DNA from: Octopus sinensis
Lineage: Eukaryota
Direction of reading: 5' to 3'
Assembly: GCF_006345805.1 (NCBI RefSeq)
Contig: NC_043014.1
Coordinates: 31,310,001-31,374,000 of the forward strand
DNA: 64,000 nt
Shown: in pieces, positions 34,290-47,796 of the stretch
Layout: each line of letters opens with the position of its first letter
Position numbering within the stretch: the first letter of the stretch is position 1
Translations under genes and position numbers: made by a program
Notes under the pieces: generated by a model
Databases searched by the model: none
What the model was told of the DNA's origin: nothing
The model's input: the letters and a program-made list of their open reading frames with translations, nothing else

Positions 34290-36780
34290 TATATATATAC
34301 GAAAATAAGATTGTGATGAACCATTTCACTACACTTATAGCATGGTCAGCATCATCAAATTCAAACTTTTTCCTACATCAAACTCAAAAACAATGCAACC
34401 GAAATGAAGACTAGTGGCAACAGCGACATTGTAGCATGCATGCATACACATGCATACATACATGCATGGACACAGTTAGATGAAACAACTATCTGACAAT
34501 TATCTAAAAGTTTGCAATTCTTAAAATAAGCAATCAGCCCAGTATTATTCTGTGCACCAACATAACATAAACACACTGTAAGCGTGTATATATATGTGTT
34601 AGTGCATACATGTGTCATGGTGATTAGAGTTTCAAACCTAGATACCAAAAGCTTTTCGTACAGCCAGCCATACTCAATACATAACTTAACCTACTACAAT
34701 AAACACACAGCCAAACCATATGCATTCCCATTCACAAGTGTTTATCAGTACACTTGTATTTTCAAATATGTGGGTATATATATATATAAGCACATACATA
34801 CAGATACATGTAGGTATAGCTGTGCAGTTGAGAAGCTTGTTTCTATGTAGTGTTGGTTTTATGTTCCACTGTGCGGCACCTTGGGCAAGTGTCTTCTACT
34901 ATAACCCTGGGCTGACCAAAGCCATGTGAGAGGATTTGGTCGACGGAAACTGAAAGAAGTCTATTGTATATGTATATATGTATGCATGTATATGTATTTG
35001 TGTGTGTGTTTTTGTGTACCCTTGTCTTGAAATTACATTATGGTTGTAAATAAACATCATCATGATACAAATGATGATGTTTATTTCTAGTCTTCCATGA
35101 GAAACATATCTGGCCATGAGGAAGTATTTCCTAGCTTGGAAATAGGCGAGGGTTGGCAGCAGGAGTGGTATCTGGCTGTAGAATAACCTGCCTCAGCGAA
35201 TTTTGTCTGACCCATGCAAAGCATGGAAAAGCAGACGTGAAGTGATTATGATGATACACACACATACATACGTATATACATACATAGATAGATAAGATAT
35301 GTTTAAACTATTGCAACAGTGGACAGTGACGAATCACTAAAACGGATGTTCACAGGGTTACCTTTGCTGTTTGACACTGAGGCAGCAGGGTCGTCCGATT
35401 TGGACTGTTTGACTGCACAAGCCGACTCTACAAATAAAGGAGTTGTCAGTGAACGTACAGTGTGTTAATCAGTAGCAATCAGACTTTAGAGGCAAGAAAC
35501 AAATTATTAATTAAAGAGAGCAAACAGTCAGAGTTAGAAGAATGTAGAGAGAGAGAGAGAAATATATAGACAGAGAGAGAAAGAAACAAACAAACAGAGC
35601 ACGTAAGTAAATGTGGTGTGGTTAATCCTTTTATGATTAAGCTTCAAATTGAAATACATTGTTTATATATTTTTTGAAAATAATTAGGAATTTGGCAGGA
35701 ATTTCAGTAAACTAACTAACTGATGTAACTAAGATGATATTTAGAAAAATGACTGACTACTTAATTAAACTGAAAGCTTTTAATTTCAGTATGAATATTT
35801 TAACACTTTTCATGCCACAAACACTAAGCATCTCTTATCCATAATTATGAAATCCTAGTGATGCATATATGCATTGCTCAAGGCAGATGTAAAATCCCAG
35901 GGGGAATTATGTGTCTCTTTTAACTGTCCATATAGGATTTCATAGTTATAGATAAAACATGTTTACATGCGTATGTGGCATGGATGGTTTTAACAGGTGC
36001 AGGCATCTTCTTTCAAGAAGTGGGCCATGTGAAACATAACTCATTATCAGGTGGGCTGCATAGCTAAAAAAATTCAAGGTAATTTTTTGATAGGCATGCC
36101 ATTCAGAAGGTCCCTTAGGCCCACAATTTGCCTATGATTACTTTAAAATATGACTGTTTTTATCATAGAACCAGACAGGATGATGTAAAAAGGGTTAAGA
36201 AACAAAGTGAAAGTGAACAAACAAAAGAGAAAAACGCCCACTTTTAATCAACAAACTATCACAATTAGCAACAGGAAGAAGTGGGTGGAGTGGAGAGAAA
36301 AAGGGACAGTGTGTGCAGTAAAAGCAAGAGTGGTAGTAGTTAATGTCAGAGTTGTGGTTATGTTGTTAAGATTGCTTTCATTTTCTTTTTAGGAACAAAA
36401 GCAAATAAATAAATAAATAAAAAGTAAACATAAAATAGAATTTGTTTGTGCATTTGGTAACAGCAGAGAAAATAATTTAGCAATAATTTGTGAAATATTA
36501 AAAGTAAATTAGAACAATTTCCAAATACAAAAAAAAAAAAAATGATAATACTTTCTACTATAGGTGAAAAGGACTCAAATTTTTGTAGGAAGGTGTTTGT
36601 TGATTGTATTGACTCTAGTGCTCAACTGATATTTATTTTATGAGCCCCACAAAAGAATGTATGGTGAAGTCAACTTTGGCTGAACTCAGAACATAAAGAC
36701 AAACGAAATGCCACTAAGCATTTTGTTCAGCATGCTGACAATTCTGCCACCATTTCTAACATAAGCACAAGACCAGAAAT

Positions 36781-36819
<39 letters not shown>

Positions 36820-36989
36820 CTGATTAAATTGACCCACTTGTCACTAGTACTTTATTTTCTTGGTTTAACAGAATGATGAAAAAAAAAGCAAAGTCGGCCG
36901 TGACAATATTTGAACTCAAAATACAAAGAGGCAAAAGAAATACCACAAGATATTTTGTGTGATGCTTTAACAACTGTGCCAATTCATTG

Positions 36990-37600
36990 TCATTAAAAAT
37001 ATAATAATAATAATAATAATCATCATCCTTTCTACTAAAAGCACAAGGCCTGAAATTTTGGGGAGAAGGGGCTAGTTGATTCCATCAACCCCAGTTCTCA
37101 ATTAGTACTGTATTTTATTAATTCTGGAGGGATGGAAAGTTGGTTGTGACGACTCAGGAACTCAGGACATAAAAAAAGCAGAGCAAAACGTATGAAATCG
37201 CAAGGTATTTAGTCCAATATGATAACTTTTTTGCCAATCCACTGCCTCAATAATAATAATAATGTTTTCAGATTTTGCCACAAGGGCAGCCATTTAGGGG
37301 AAGGGGATAAATCGATTACATCAATACTAGTGTTTCACTTAATTTATCGACCCTGAAAGGATGAAAGGCAAAGTTGACCTAGCTGACATTTGAACTCAGA
37401 ACGCAAAGAACTGGAAGAAATGCCACAAAGCATTTTGTCTGCCTAATAATAATAATATAATAATAATAATAATATAATAATAATAATAATAATGATAATT
37501 TCTACTATAAGCACAGAGCCTGAAATTTTGGGGGGTGGGGGACTAGTCAATTAAATTGTCCCAGAGTGCAACTGGTACTTATTTAATCGCCCCTACCCGA
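36990..37600 (-). repeat. Chain of degenerate SINE family B copies separated by (AAT)n
   Basis: Repeated CTTTCTACTA..GCACAAGGCCTGAAATTTT and GAAAGGATGAAAGGCAAAGT motifs. Confidence 0.7.
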
Positions 37601-39552
37601 AAGGATAATAAACAGCTGAAAATTGTAAAGAGATTGCAAAAGATTATATAAAGAGACAAGACATAGCACACAAGGAGGAAGTTGGAAAGAAATGGAAGTG
37701 GGAGAGAAAGGGAGCGGGGGGGGGGGGCGAATAGATTAGAGAGTGGGAGGTCTGATTTGAAGATGAGGAGGTGGGAAGGAGGGGAGAGAGAGAAGGGGTA
37801 TAAATAGAAGAGAGAAGTTGAAAAAGAATTGAATATTGTACTGACATTGAATAAATACAGTAAGTTAAAAAAGTGTAATGCGATGCAAGTGTAAACAAAG
37901 ACATCAGTGATGTGTGGAGATGTCACTACACACATACACATTTTATAGGTGTGGACAGAAAACACTAAGGCATGGAAGTATCACTGTGATTCATATATAT
38001 ATATATATATGAAAACACACATGTATGAAAAATGACAAGAAAAAAGAATAAGCTCAATAAACACATGAACAAATGAAAACAAATGAACGTGACAGTTTTA
38101 TTGTTAAAAGAAATGGTTCTGCTTTAGCTGAATAATTCATATTAGAAGAATATGAAAATAAGCAAAACTAAAGCAAATTAAAATGCCAGAAAGTAATAAA
38201 GAAACTTAAAATTTCAATAAAAAGTTATAAACAGAAAAAAAAAAAGACAAAACAAAGCCATTAAAAAATAATGTACAGGTTTATTTTTTTTAGAGTGAAG
38301 TATGAAGAAAACACAAAGGTTTACAGAAGTTGGTGGTCGTGAGGTTAATGCATACTATGAACTTTCTGAAATGAAAGTGAATATGTAGGATAATATCTAT
38401 GAATATTATAGTCAGCCCAACAGCTTGATATTAATGCAAACTGTCTCTATCCCTTATCAGATTATGATGTCACAATTCTGTATGGTTGGAAACAAACAGG
38501 TGATAGTTGTAGTAAAGGTGTACCAACAAGTCTAGCTAACTGGCCAATGTATGATAAAGCATGCAATCTTTTTTTTTGTTTAAATTGGTTAAAAGAGGAA
38601 GGAGCCAGGATTGTGGAAATATCTATATATTTGATGCCCAGCCTGAATGCTTGCAACAGTGAACATACAACATACATATATATAGATATTTCTACAATCC
38701 TGGCTCCTTCTTCTTTTGACAAACTTAAGCAAAAAAAGATTGCATGCATTATCATACATTGGCCAGTTAGCTAGACTGGTTGGTACACCTTTACTATAAC
38801 TATCACCTGTTTGTTTCCAACCATACAGAATACATACGCACACACACACACATACAAACAATGGACTTTCCTGTTATTAGATGACATATGAAGATCCTGC
38901 AATTTTTTGCTTAACAACCACATGGATGATTGGTGAATAGAGATCAAATGTTTGTCTTCACATAAGCTCACTCCCTCTATCAAACTGACATTACCTGTAT
39001 GGTGGCACAGTGGCACGACATGCTACATGTCAGATGACAAAATGATTGCAAGGCAGTATGAAATGAAGTGCTTTGAACACAGCAATATATAATCACCTAT
39101 CTACTCAAAATAGCATCCTCAATCTTTCTGAGTAAACATCCTACAGACTTTGAAATAGGCCCAATAATTTTTAGCCAGTGGGTCTTGACACCCCCCCCAT
39201 GACCACCACCAAAAAACCTCCAACAAAGACAAACAGGAGGTTGATAAAAAGCTGAACTTTAGGTTTGAACCTTAAAATGGTATGTTGGTCACCTTATTTC
39301 CACATATGTTTGATCGATTGTTCTTGTGCCACTGGTCAACTCAAGCAGTGCTGATTGATTAGGAATACTTATATTGAAGGTTGTGTGCCATGTGAAAGGA
39401 AACCAGTATTTTGAAGTTCACAACATTTGGTAGCACTTTTAGTATCTAGAACAAGATGCTGTCATTGTCATCAACAAAATAATAAGATAGATATATCATC
39501 ATTTAACATCCGTTTTCCATACTGGCATGGGTTATATATAAGCCCAATATAA

Positions 39553-39852
39553 GGCAATGGCCCAGTGGATAGGGCAGCGGACTCGCAGTTGGAGGATTGC
39601 GGTTTCGATTCCCAGACTGGGCATTGTGTATGTTTATTGAGCAAAACACCTAAAAGCTCCACGAGGCTCCAGCAGGGGGTGGTGGCGACCCCTGTTGTAC
39701 TCTTTCACCCCAACCTTCTCTCACTCTTTCTTCCTGTTTCTCGAGTAACGCTGCGATGGACTGGCGTCCCATCCAGCTGGGGGGAACACATATGCCATAG
39801 AAACCGGGCCCATGAGCCTGGCTAGGCTTGAAAAGGGCGCATAAATAATAAA
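39553..39852 (+). mobile_element. tRNA-derived SINE of a fourth family (Arg-like head)
   Basis: A box TGGCCCAGTGG, B box GGTTTCGATTCC, body with GCTGCGATGGACTGGCGTCCCATCCAG, A-rich tail. Confidence 0.7.
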
Positions 39853-41099
39853 ATATATATATATGAATTTTAAAACAATTTAATTTGGCTCCATGTCACC
39901 TAAAATTTTGCAGGCTTCTTACAGAAACTTAATTCATTCAGGCTCAGCAACTGTTTGTCCACTCATATATAGATATTGAAAAGTTTGATATGAGCTAATG
40001 AGAAGGTTATCAACTTATGAGCTATTAATTTCATCTTTAGAGACGAGAAGGTAATAAACACTCTTAATCATTAGGCTATAGAAGCATGGCATGTGAGACA
40101 TGCAACGATGATTGGAGACCAAGCAGATCTTGCGGGGGAAGTAAATGTTAAAGATGTTTCATATCTAAAGGTGAGATAATCTGAAGAAATTATGATTTTG
40201 ATATCATCAATACAGAAGTTGTTATCCATCCATATCGCATGCCTAGACTAACATAATCCAATGTCCATACCAAGCCATACAAATAAATTTAATGTCCATT
40301 ACCATAACCTGGCCATACCAACACACTCACAGTTCATCCACATCATGTGGTCATATACTCTCATCACCTATTCATACCATATGGTCATGCCAACGATACC
40401 ATTGTCCATTCATATGTGAGATAACTAACAAATCAGTCATCATCCATTTATATTACATGCCCACACCAACACAGTCACTAACCCACATATACCAACCAGC
40501 AACAGACCCTCTCATTATACTCCAGTTAGGTCAGAGAGGTCAGCAACTCACTACATATAACAACATACTGCAACTATAAACATCATATTGTCAAAGAAAG
40601 AAAAAACAAACAAACAAGCCAGATTTGGACTTTATTACTTCCAAGTGTCTTTTATCCATTACTTGTTTCAGCCATTGGACTGGGGTATAAGCTGGGGTAC
40701 CACCTTGAAAGTTTTAGTTGAACAAATCGACCATAGTATGTGTGTATACATCTATATACAGATATGTATGTGCATGTGTATACATACATATATATATATA
40801 TAAATACACACACACATATGATGAGCTTCAGTACAGTTTCTGTCTACCAAATTCACAAACAAATCATTAGTTGGCTCAAAGCTATAGTAAGATTCTTGCC
40901 CAAGGTGTTGCACAGTGAGATTGAACTAGAAACCATGTGGTTGCAAAGCAAACTTTTTCATCACACAACCATGTAAAGAACCCACCCCCCACTCGCCCTA
41001 AAAAAACCCCAACTAAAATCTGGGGTAGGCCAGCTGTCTTATGTTAGCTGAAAAGTGTATAAATGCAAAAATAAATACAAACAGATTAGATCAACTTAC

Positions 41100-41230
41100 C
41101 GACAATGGCTGACCACACACTCATTACTGCAGTATTCACTGTCCCAACCTGGGTTGTCGATTGCATTATTTTGACAGCCGTTACGTACACACATGCCAGG
41201 ACCAGCACTGCACATACCTCGTGGACCCGC
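41100..41230 (-). CDS. TOX4: TOX exon encoding the Cys-rich C-terminal domain (CVRNGCQNNAIDNPGWDSEYCSNECVVSHCR)
   Basis: ttgttccag| acceptor, CG|gtaagt donor; matches the TOX4 motif CVRxGC..W..EYCSNECVVxHCR. Confidence 0.92.
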
Positions 41231-42249
41231 CTGGAACAATGGATCATTGGGTAAACATAAATAGGTGATATATTTTAAATAAAAAAACACGAGAGAATGA
41301 TATAAATATAGAGAGATACAGAGAGAGATGGTGGGGTAGGAGGTAAGTGACACAATACTCCTTATTTTAAACTTGTTGTGTGGTGAACTAAATTCTATTG
41401 GCATAAGAAAAACACTAGTATTCTCTTAAGAGATCAGTTCAGTTAATAATAATAATATGCCAATTTGTTTTCTGTACATACCTGATGTGTGTGTCACACT
41501 TAAGAGAAAGAAATTGTTGAAAGAAATTTTGTTGCTTAGATCTCTTGTAATTTCTGGAAGAGATTTGAAACCATCACCCATGAGTTGTATTACTACATCT
41601 CAACACCCTTGCCTACTGAGCCACTGAAGCAGCAACGATCTTAATGAGAAAATTAAGATACTTAATTTGATGTGTGTGTCGAGCAAGGGAGAGAGGGAGT
41701 GTCTGACAGGTATTTGAATTCCTTTCTATGATTGAACTGAAGCTGACCCCTGGTTATTAAAAACCCAACCACACACACACACATACAAACACACATTTGT
41801 TTTAGGTCTTCTACCCATTTTAGGTCTTCTAACCATACAGAGTTGTTCAATTGGCACATTTGTTGATGTGTATAAGTAATTAAAAACTAAAAGACACACA
41901 CACACATATATATGAATCTATGAGTGATAATAAGTATCGTATGGTAGAAATAAACACAACTTTCTCTTTCTATATTTTTTGTTAAGTTAGGGTTTCTCTG
42001 TTTTGGTCAGGATTTTTCCAATTTCTTTTTTCTTATATCAAGCAATTGATGAAAGCATAAAAAAAAAGGAAAATTCATAGAGCTGAACAAAATCAAAAAT
42101 ATCAATTCTATTTTTTCCATTTACTTTTTACTTTCCTACAATATAATTAATTACCGTATCCTATATTACGGTGTCCTTGCATATTAGGTGGGTATTTCAG
42201 AAATATTTTCACCTTTTAAACGAAAACTGTCTAATACATTCGTATATGT

Positions 42250-42720
42250 TTTTCAATAGAAACACTCTGAATCATTTTGGAGATTTACTGTTTTAATAAG
42301 TTTTAAAATGTGGATAATCGCATGAGGGACACATCACGAGAGCATCAGTGTAGAAAGAGAGAATGGTTGCCTGAGGAACAGTGGGAGGAAATAAAGAAAT
42401 CAAAATCGCGCAAGGATGAGACAGAGAAGAAACGAAATAAGCCAAGAAGTGAGAAAGCGTATCCTACAGCATAGGAGGGAAAGAAATCAGCAAAGGATAG
42501 AACAAATGAGCCAGGACCAAAGAGAAGTGTATTTTCAAAATAAGAAAGATAGAGAACATGAGTTGAGAGCAAAGGCAGCTGTACTTAGAAAATATGAGAA
42601 ACAGAGCTGGATCTCTCTCGGCATACCAGCAAACCACAAAATCGTACCAGAATAAAAAACAAAAAATTTTGTGATCCTGGGATGGGAATTTTCCAAAAGA
42701 AATCTCAATTTTATTTTTCA
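42250..42720 (+). mobile_element. Probable decayed transposon fragment with a charged coiled-coil-like ORF
   Basis: ORF 42416-42655 is R/E/Q-rich with no splice sites fitting TOX; family not recognised. Confidence 0.3.
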
Positions 42721-44127
42721 TGTTTTAGCTTTCTTATTTAACGATTGAGAATTTTGGACAACCACTAGAAATCAAGCATCATTAAATTAAAAATACAGTC
42801 ATTGTATCTCATGCTGGTGCCACATAAAAATCACCCAGTATACTATGTGGAGTGGATGGCCCAGGAAAAGCATACCAGAACAGACAATGGAGCTTGGTGT
42901 AACCCCTGGCTATGCCAGCACTAAAAAAGGACATATGATGATGATGTATAAACCAATGGTTATGATATTTTTAGGATTACAAAGACGGTCATCAGGAAGG
43001 ATTTTAGCATTAAAAAATCAGAAAGTATGATTATTTTGTGGATATCAATTTTTGAATTGATAAACTTTTCCACATTTAAAAAAAAAAATTCACTGACCAC
43101 GAGCAACACTGGAGTTTCATCATATAGTTTGTGGCCCCATCGTAGATATAAAGGGGGTCACGAGGACGGTTAACAGTGAAAATAAAATGGAAAAAGTGTT
43201 TGTCAGTATACAGTGTGTTATTATTTAGTGGTTATTGAAATGTGTCAGTCTTGAGCAGGATTCGAAATGGCTAATCAAAGTGGCTGTTGTTTACAACTCA
43301 GTTTTGTCAATCAAAATAACCTATGGCACCAGAACATCCAAACATTATTTTCATAGAACAGTGAGAGGCAAGTCTTAGTTTGACTTCTTGCAATCCTAAA
43401 GATTCCGCTCATGTATTCACAGTAAACAAGGTACAGGGCCAGACATTAGATCATGTAGGTGTATTTTTACACACAGCCAATTCTACGTCGCTATGAGTAG
43501 AGCAGCGGACTCCAGTAATTTGAAAATTAGTGTTGACCAAACAAAAAATATCGTCTACAAAGAAGTTTTGTAATCATACTGATATTATCAAAAGGAATAT
43601 GGTTCATAATTTAAATAAGGAAATTTGTGAATTTTGAATGTATAAGAGTAAAATAGTGTAAACAACTAAAATAAAAGTATATCTAAATGACACTTTTTCT
43701 CTTAATACTTTTTGTGTAATGATTGCAGGAAGCTCTGGCTTTCATTAGGAATGGTCCACATAACCATTCATGATACAGACACCTGGAGTATATTTCAGTT
43801 TGGGACTGAATTGTAATGTGTCACTCAGTCGCAAACATGTGTCACACAGCTGCAATAGAATGCTGGATCACCAACAATCATGTGATTACTCTAAGACACC
43901 ACCCAGTAATCTATCAACTCTATTTACACATTTCTCAATACATACTGCTGTTATGACTCACCCCACTCCTCATTTTATGCCTCCATCGTAGATGGGTAGA
44001 TTTGCTAGTGCTAATGATGATGTGATGATATGACAGAGAGAGTAATACTGACATTGATGGTGATATTGATGAAACGATAAAAAGTGATGATGAGTGCCAG
44101 AAGAAAGGAAACTAGACCATCTCTTAC

Positions 44128-44400
44128 CTGACTGACAATGGTTTGCTGTAAGTTGTTGTGTATTGGAGAAGTAACCGTACTGGCATTTGATACCACATTT
44201 TGGTTTGGTAGCTGGGGTGGGGAAGAGTAAGGGATCTGCTGTAAAGGAGGTGAGTCCGAGTGCATTGGGGTCATTTGCGTGTAAGTACCAATAGAGTTGA
44301 CCTTGGTCATGGGGCCAGTAGTCGTGACACTCATTAATTCCTTTGAATTAATTAACCGATTTTGTTGTAATTTTTCTGAACTGAGGTCATCAATTGGAGT
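44128..44400 (-). CDS. TOX4: TOX exon (post-HMG, P/Q/S/T-rich)
   Basis: atctttccag| acceptor, CAG|gtaaga donor, 273 nt, phase 0-0. Confidence 0.85.
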
Positions 44401-44600
44401 CTGGAAAGATAGAAGGTATAACAATATGTACAGATCAAACTTCCAAACATTTGGAGGATATTATGAATTCACTTCACTATGAACCCTTATTTTGTATATT
44501 ACTCTGCAAGAACTATGATATAAGGAACAAAAGGCTTGAAATTGTGTGTGGTATTTTTCTTTGTCATGTTTGCATTTCTTAGCTGACTTATGAGATTTAA

Positions 44601-44826
44601 CTCTTTAGCATTCAATCTGACCAGTTTCAGTCTAAATATTCTTTCTTTCTGTTTTTTGTTCAAACTGGCCAGGTCCTGCCTCTCACACCTACCCTGCATT
44701 GTTAATCTGAAAATAAACAGTCATACCATTGAAATCTCAAAGCTAAGAGATAATGTATAATTAATTCAAAAAATAATGTGAATAAATAAGCACTGCATTT
44801 GACAGAGTAATCTGAATGCTAAAGTG
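44601..44826. mobile_element. piggyBac-type MITE
   Basis: TTAA TSD, CTCTTTAGCATT / AATGCTAAAGTG ends. Confidence 0.8.
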
Positions 44827-45469
44827 TTAATTCTTCTTATAACAAGAAGTTACGGTGTTCAATTAAGTCCATAAAAAGCTTCAATTCAATAAGTCTGCTC
44901 AAATTTGAAGCTTCACTAAGTTAGAAGTTATTCAGCTATTTGTGAGTTAAATCTCAATTGAAGGACAAGTGTGTGTATGTGTCAGGCCAAGTGATTAAGG
45001 AGTTTCTAAGCAATCAAGAACCATGCACCCCAATTTTTGTCTGACAGTGGGTCATTGTAAGTGTCCTCTGTCACAACTTCCAGTTGCCCCCAAGTCTTGT
45101 TGTGAAATTGTGTAGAAGGAAACTGAATGGAAGCCAGTTGGATGGATGGAGTGTACCTGTAATTCTATGATACAAGACATACACTGCTTTCTGGCACTCT
45201 GTTGGTTATGACAATGAGAGTTCCAGTTGATTCAATCAATGGAACAGTCTTCCTCATGAAATTCTTGTGCAAGTGGCTGGGTACTCCACAGAATGTGACA
45301 AGGCTGGCCCTTTAACATATAGGTACAATGCATTTTTGTTAGCTGAATGGACTGGAGCAAAATGAAATAAAGTGTCTTGCTCAAAAACACAATGTGCAGC
45401 TGCTAATTGAACACACTATCTTTTGATTGAGAGCTGAGTACCCTAACCACTAAGCCACATGCCTTCACA

Positions 45470-46222
45470 CTGCCTTCAGTGACACAATACACATTGCCTA
45501 TAATGACACGAAACATATACAACCTTCGGTGACACAAGATACACACAGCCTTCAGTGACACAGGACATACACTACCTTTAGTCATACAAGACATACACCG
45601 ACTTCGGTGACACAAGATATGTACTACCTTAACTGACACAACATACATGCAGTGACACAAGACACACACAGCCTTCAGTGACACAAGATACACACTGCCT
45701 TCAGTGACACAAGGCACACACTGCCTTTAGTGACACAAGACACACACTGCCTTCAGTGACACAAGACATACACTGCTTTTAGTGACACAAGACACACACT
45801 GCCTTCAGTGACACAAGACACACACTGTCTTCAGTGACACAAGACACACACTGCCTTCAGTGACACAAGACACACACTGCCTTCAGTGACACAAGACACA
45901 CACTGTCTTCAGTGACACAAGACACACACTGCCTTCAGTGACACAAGACACACAGTGCCTTCAGTGACACAAGACACACACTGCCTTCAGTGACACAAGA
46001 CACACACTGTCTTCAGTGACACAAGACACACACTGCCTTCAGTGACACAAGACACACAGTGCCTTCAGTGACACAAGACACACACTGCCTTCAGTGACAC
46101 AAAGCACACACTGCCTTCAGTGACACAACATACAAAGCCTTGAGTAACTCAAAGCATACAGTACTTTCAGTAATACATAACATGCACTACCTTCAGTGAC
46201 ATGACATACACTGTCTTCAGCG
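45470..46222. repeat. 26-bp minisatellite (CAGTGACACAAGACACACACTGCCTT)n
   Basis: Period measured directly (e.g. AGTG at 45781 and 45807); roughly 28 units with degenerate ends. Confidence 0.95.
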
Positions 46223-46257
46223 GCACAAAACATTTCGGTGAGGTGACATTGGCTTAC

Positions 46258-46338
46258 CTGAGAAACCAGACTGGCTTTGTATGCTGCTAATTGTTTTAGA
46301 TACTCCTTTTTGGCAGTTTCAGTTTTCTTTTTGTACAC
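46258..46338 (-). CDS. TOX4: TOX exon: HMG box helix 3 (VYKKKTETAKKEYLKQLAAYKASLVSQ)
   Basis: ctttcag| acceptor, CAG|gtaagc donor, 81 nt, phase 0-0; canonical TOX YKxKTEAAKKEYLKxLAAYRASLVS. Confidence 0.95.
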
Positions 46339-46387
46339 CTGAAAGATAAGCCCAAAACACGTATTCCATTAGATGTGATGATGATGA

Positions 46388-46431
<44 letters not shown>

Positions 46432-46734
46432 CTGTGCTAATAGGAATAATATTGGAATAAAAAGAAATGGGGTTTCTAGTAAGAGCAGTAACAACAATAA
46501 AGAAATTGTTCAAGAAATATCAGTCTTGACCATATGGTGCCAGTTTATGTCCAGATAAACTGTCGCTGCTGTTACTGCTTCTGCTAATGTGGTTCTTTTT
46601 GCCGAGTTTCAAGTATGTGGGAATAAATAGAATTATAAATTACAACAGCTGCTGCTGCTACAACTACATTTTCCAACATTCTATCACTCTTGACAACACA
46701 AACAATAATAATAATAATGATAATACCAACAACA

Positions 46735-47625
46735 ATAAGGATTTCAAAGTTTGGCACAAGGCCAGCAACTTTGTGGGAGGAGATAAGTCAGTTACATTAA
46801 CCCTAGTGTTTCGCTGGTACTTCATTTATCGACTCTGAAAGGTTGAAAGGCAAAGTCAACCTTGGTGGAATTTGAACTCAGAAAATAAAGATGGACAAAA
46901 TGCCACAAAGCATTTTGCTTGGTGTGCTAACGATTCTGCCAGCTCACTGCCTTAATAATAGTAATAATAATAATAATAAGAAGAAGAATGGTTTCAAATT
47001 TTAGCACAAGGCTAGCAATTTTTGAAGAGTGATAAGGTGATTACACTGACCCTAGTATTTAACTAGTACTCTTATTTTTATCGACCCCAAAAGGATGAAA
47101 AGTAAAGTTGACCTTAGAATATAGTGTTGGAAGAAATGTAACTAAGTATTTTGTCTGACTAGCTAACGATTCTGCCAGCTCAACTACAGATTTCAATAAT
47201 AATAATAATCCATTCTCCGATAGGCACAAAACCTGAAATTTTGGAGGAGGAGATGACTAGTCAATGAAATTAACCCCAATGTTCAACTGGTACTTATTTT
47301 TACCAATCTCGATGGGATGACAGGCAAAGTTGATTTTGGCGGAATTAGATCTCAGAATGTAAAGTCAAATGAAATGCTCTGAAGCATTTTGTCCAGTGAG
47401 TTAATGATTCTACCAGCTTGCTGCCACCATGATAATAATAATAATAATCCTTTCTACTATAGGCATGATGCCTGGATTTTGTGGGGAGGGGGGGGCAGTC
47501 GATCACATCAACCGACCCTGAAAAGATAAAAGGCAAAGTAGACCCCGGCGGAATTTGAACTCAGAATGTAAAGACAGACAAAATGCCGTCTGGCATGCTG
47601 AAGAGTCTGCCAGTTCATTGCCTTA
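46735..47625 (-). repeat. Chain of about 4 degenerate SINE family B copies with (AAT)n spacers
   Basis: Repeated GGCAAAGT..GGAATTTGAACTCAGAA..AAATG..AACGATTCTGCCAG. Confidence 0.75.
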
Positions 47626-47660
47626 AAAAAAAAAAAAAATAATAAAAATAATCTACTTAC

Positions 47661-47796
47661 ACTTTTGTGTTCAGGGTCAAGTCCATCCCACATGGAAGCA
47701 ACAATTTTGGAGACTTCTCCAAAACTGGCATTGGGGTTCTGACCTTTGATGGCTGCTTGGGTATCACGGAAAAACAAGGCATAGGCTGATACAGGC
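47661..47796 (-). CDS. TOX4: TOX exon: HMG box core ([45 protein letters not shown])
   Basis: tttgcag| acceptor (phase 2), AGT|gtaagt donor; near-identical to the TOX-family HMG box. Confidence 0.97.

Noticed and set aside
45470-46222. Regular short-period array as a CRISPR
   Set aside because: Head-to-tail 26-bp units with no unique spacers, in a eukaryotic intron, and no cas genes.
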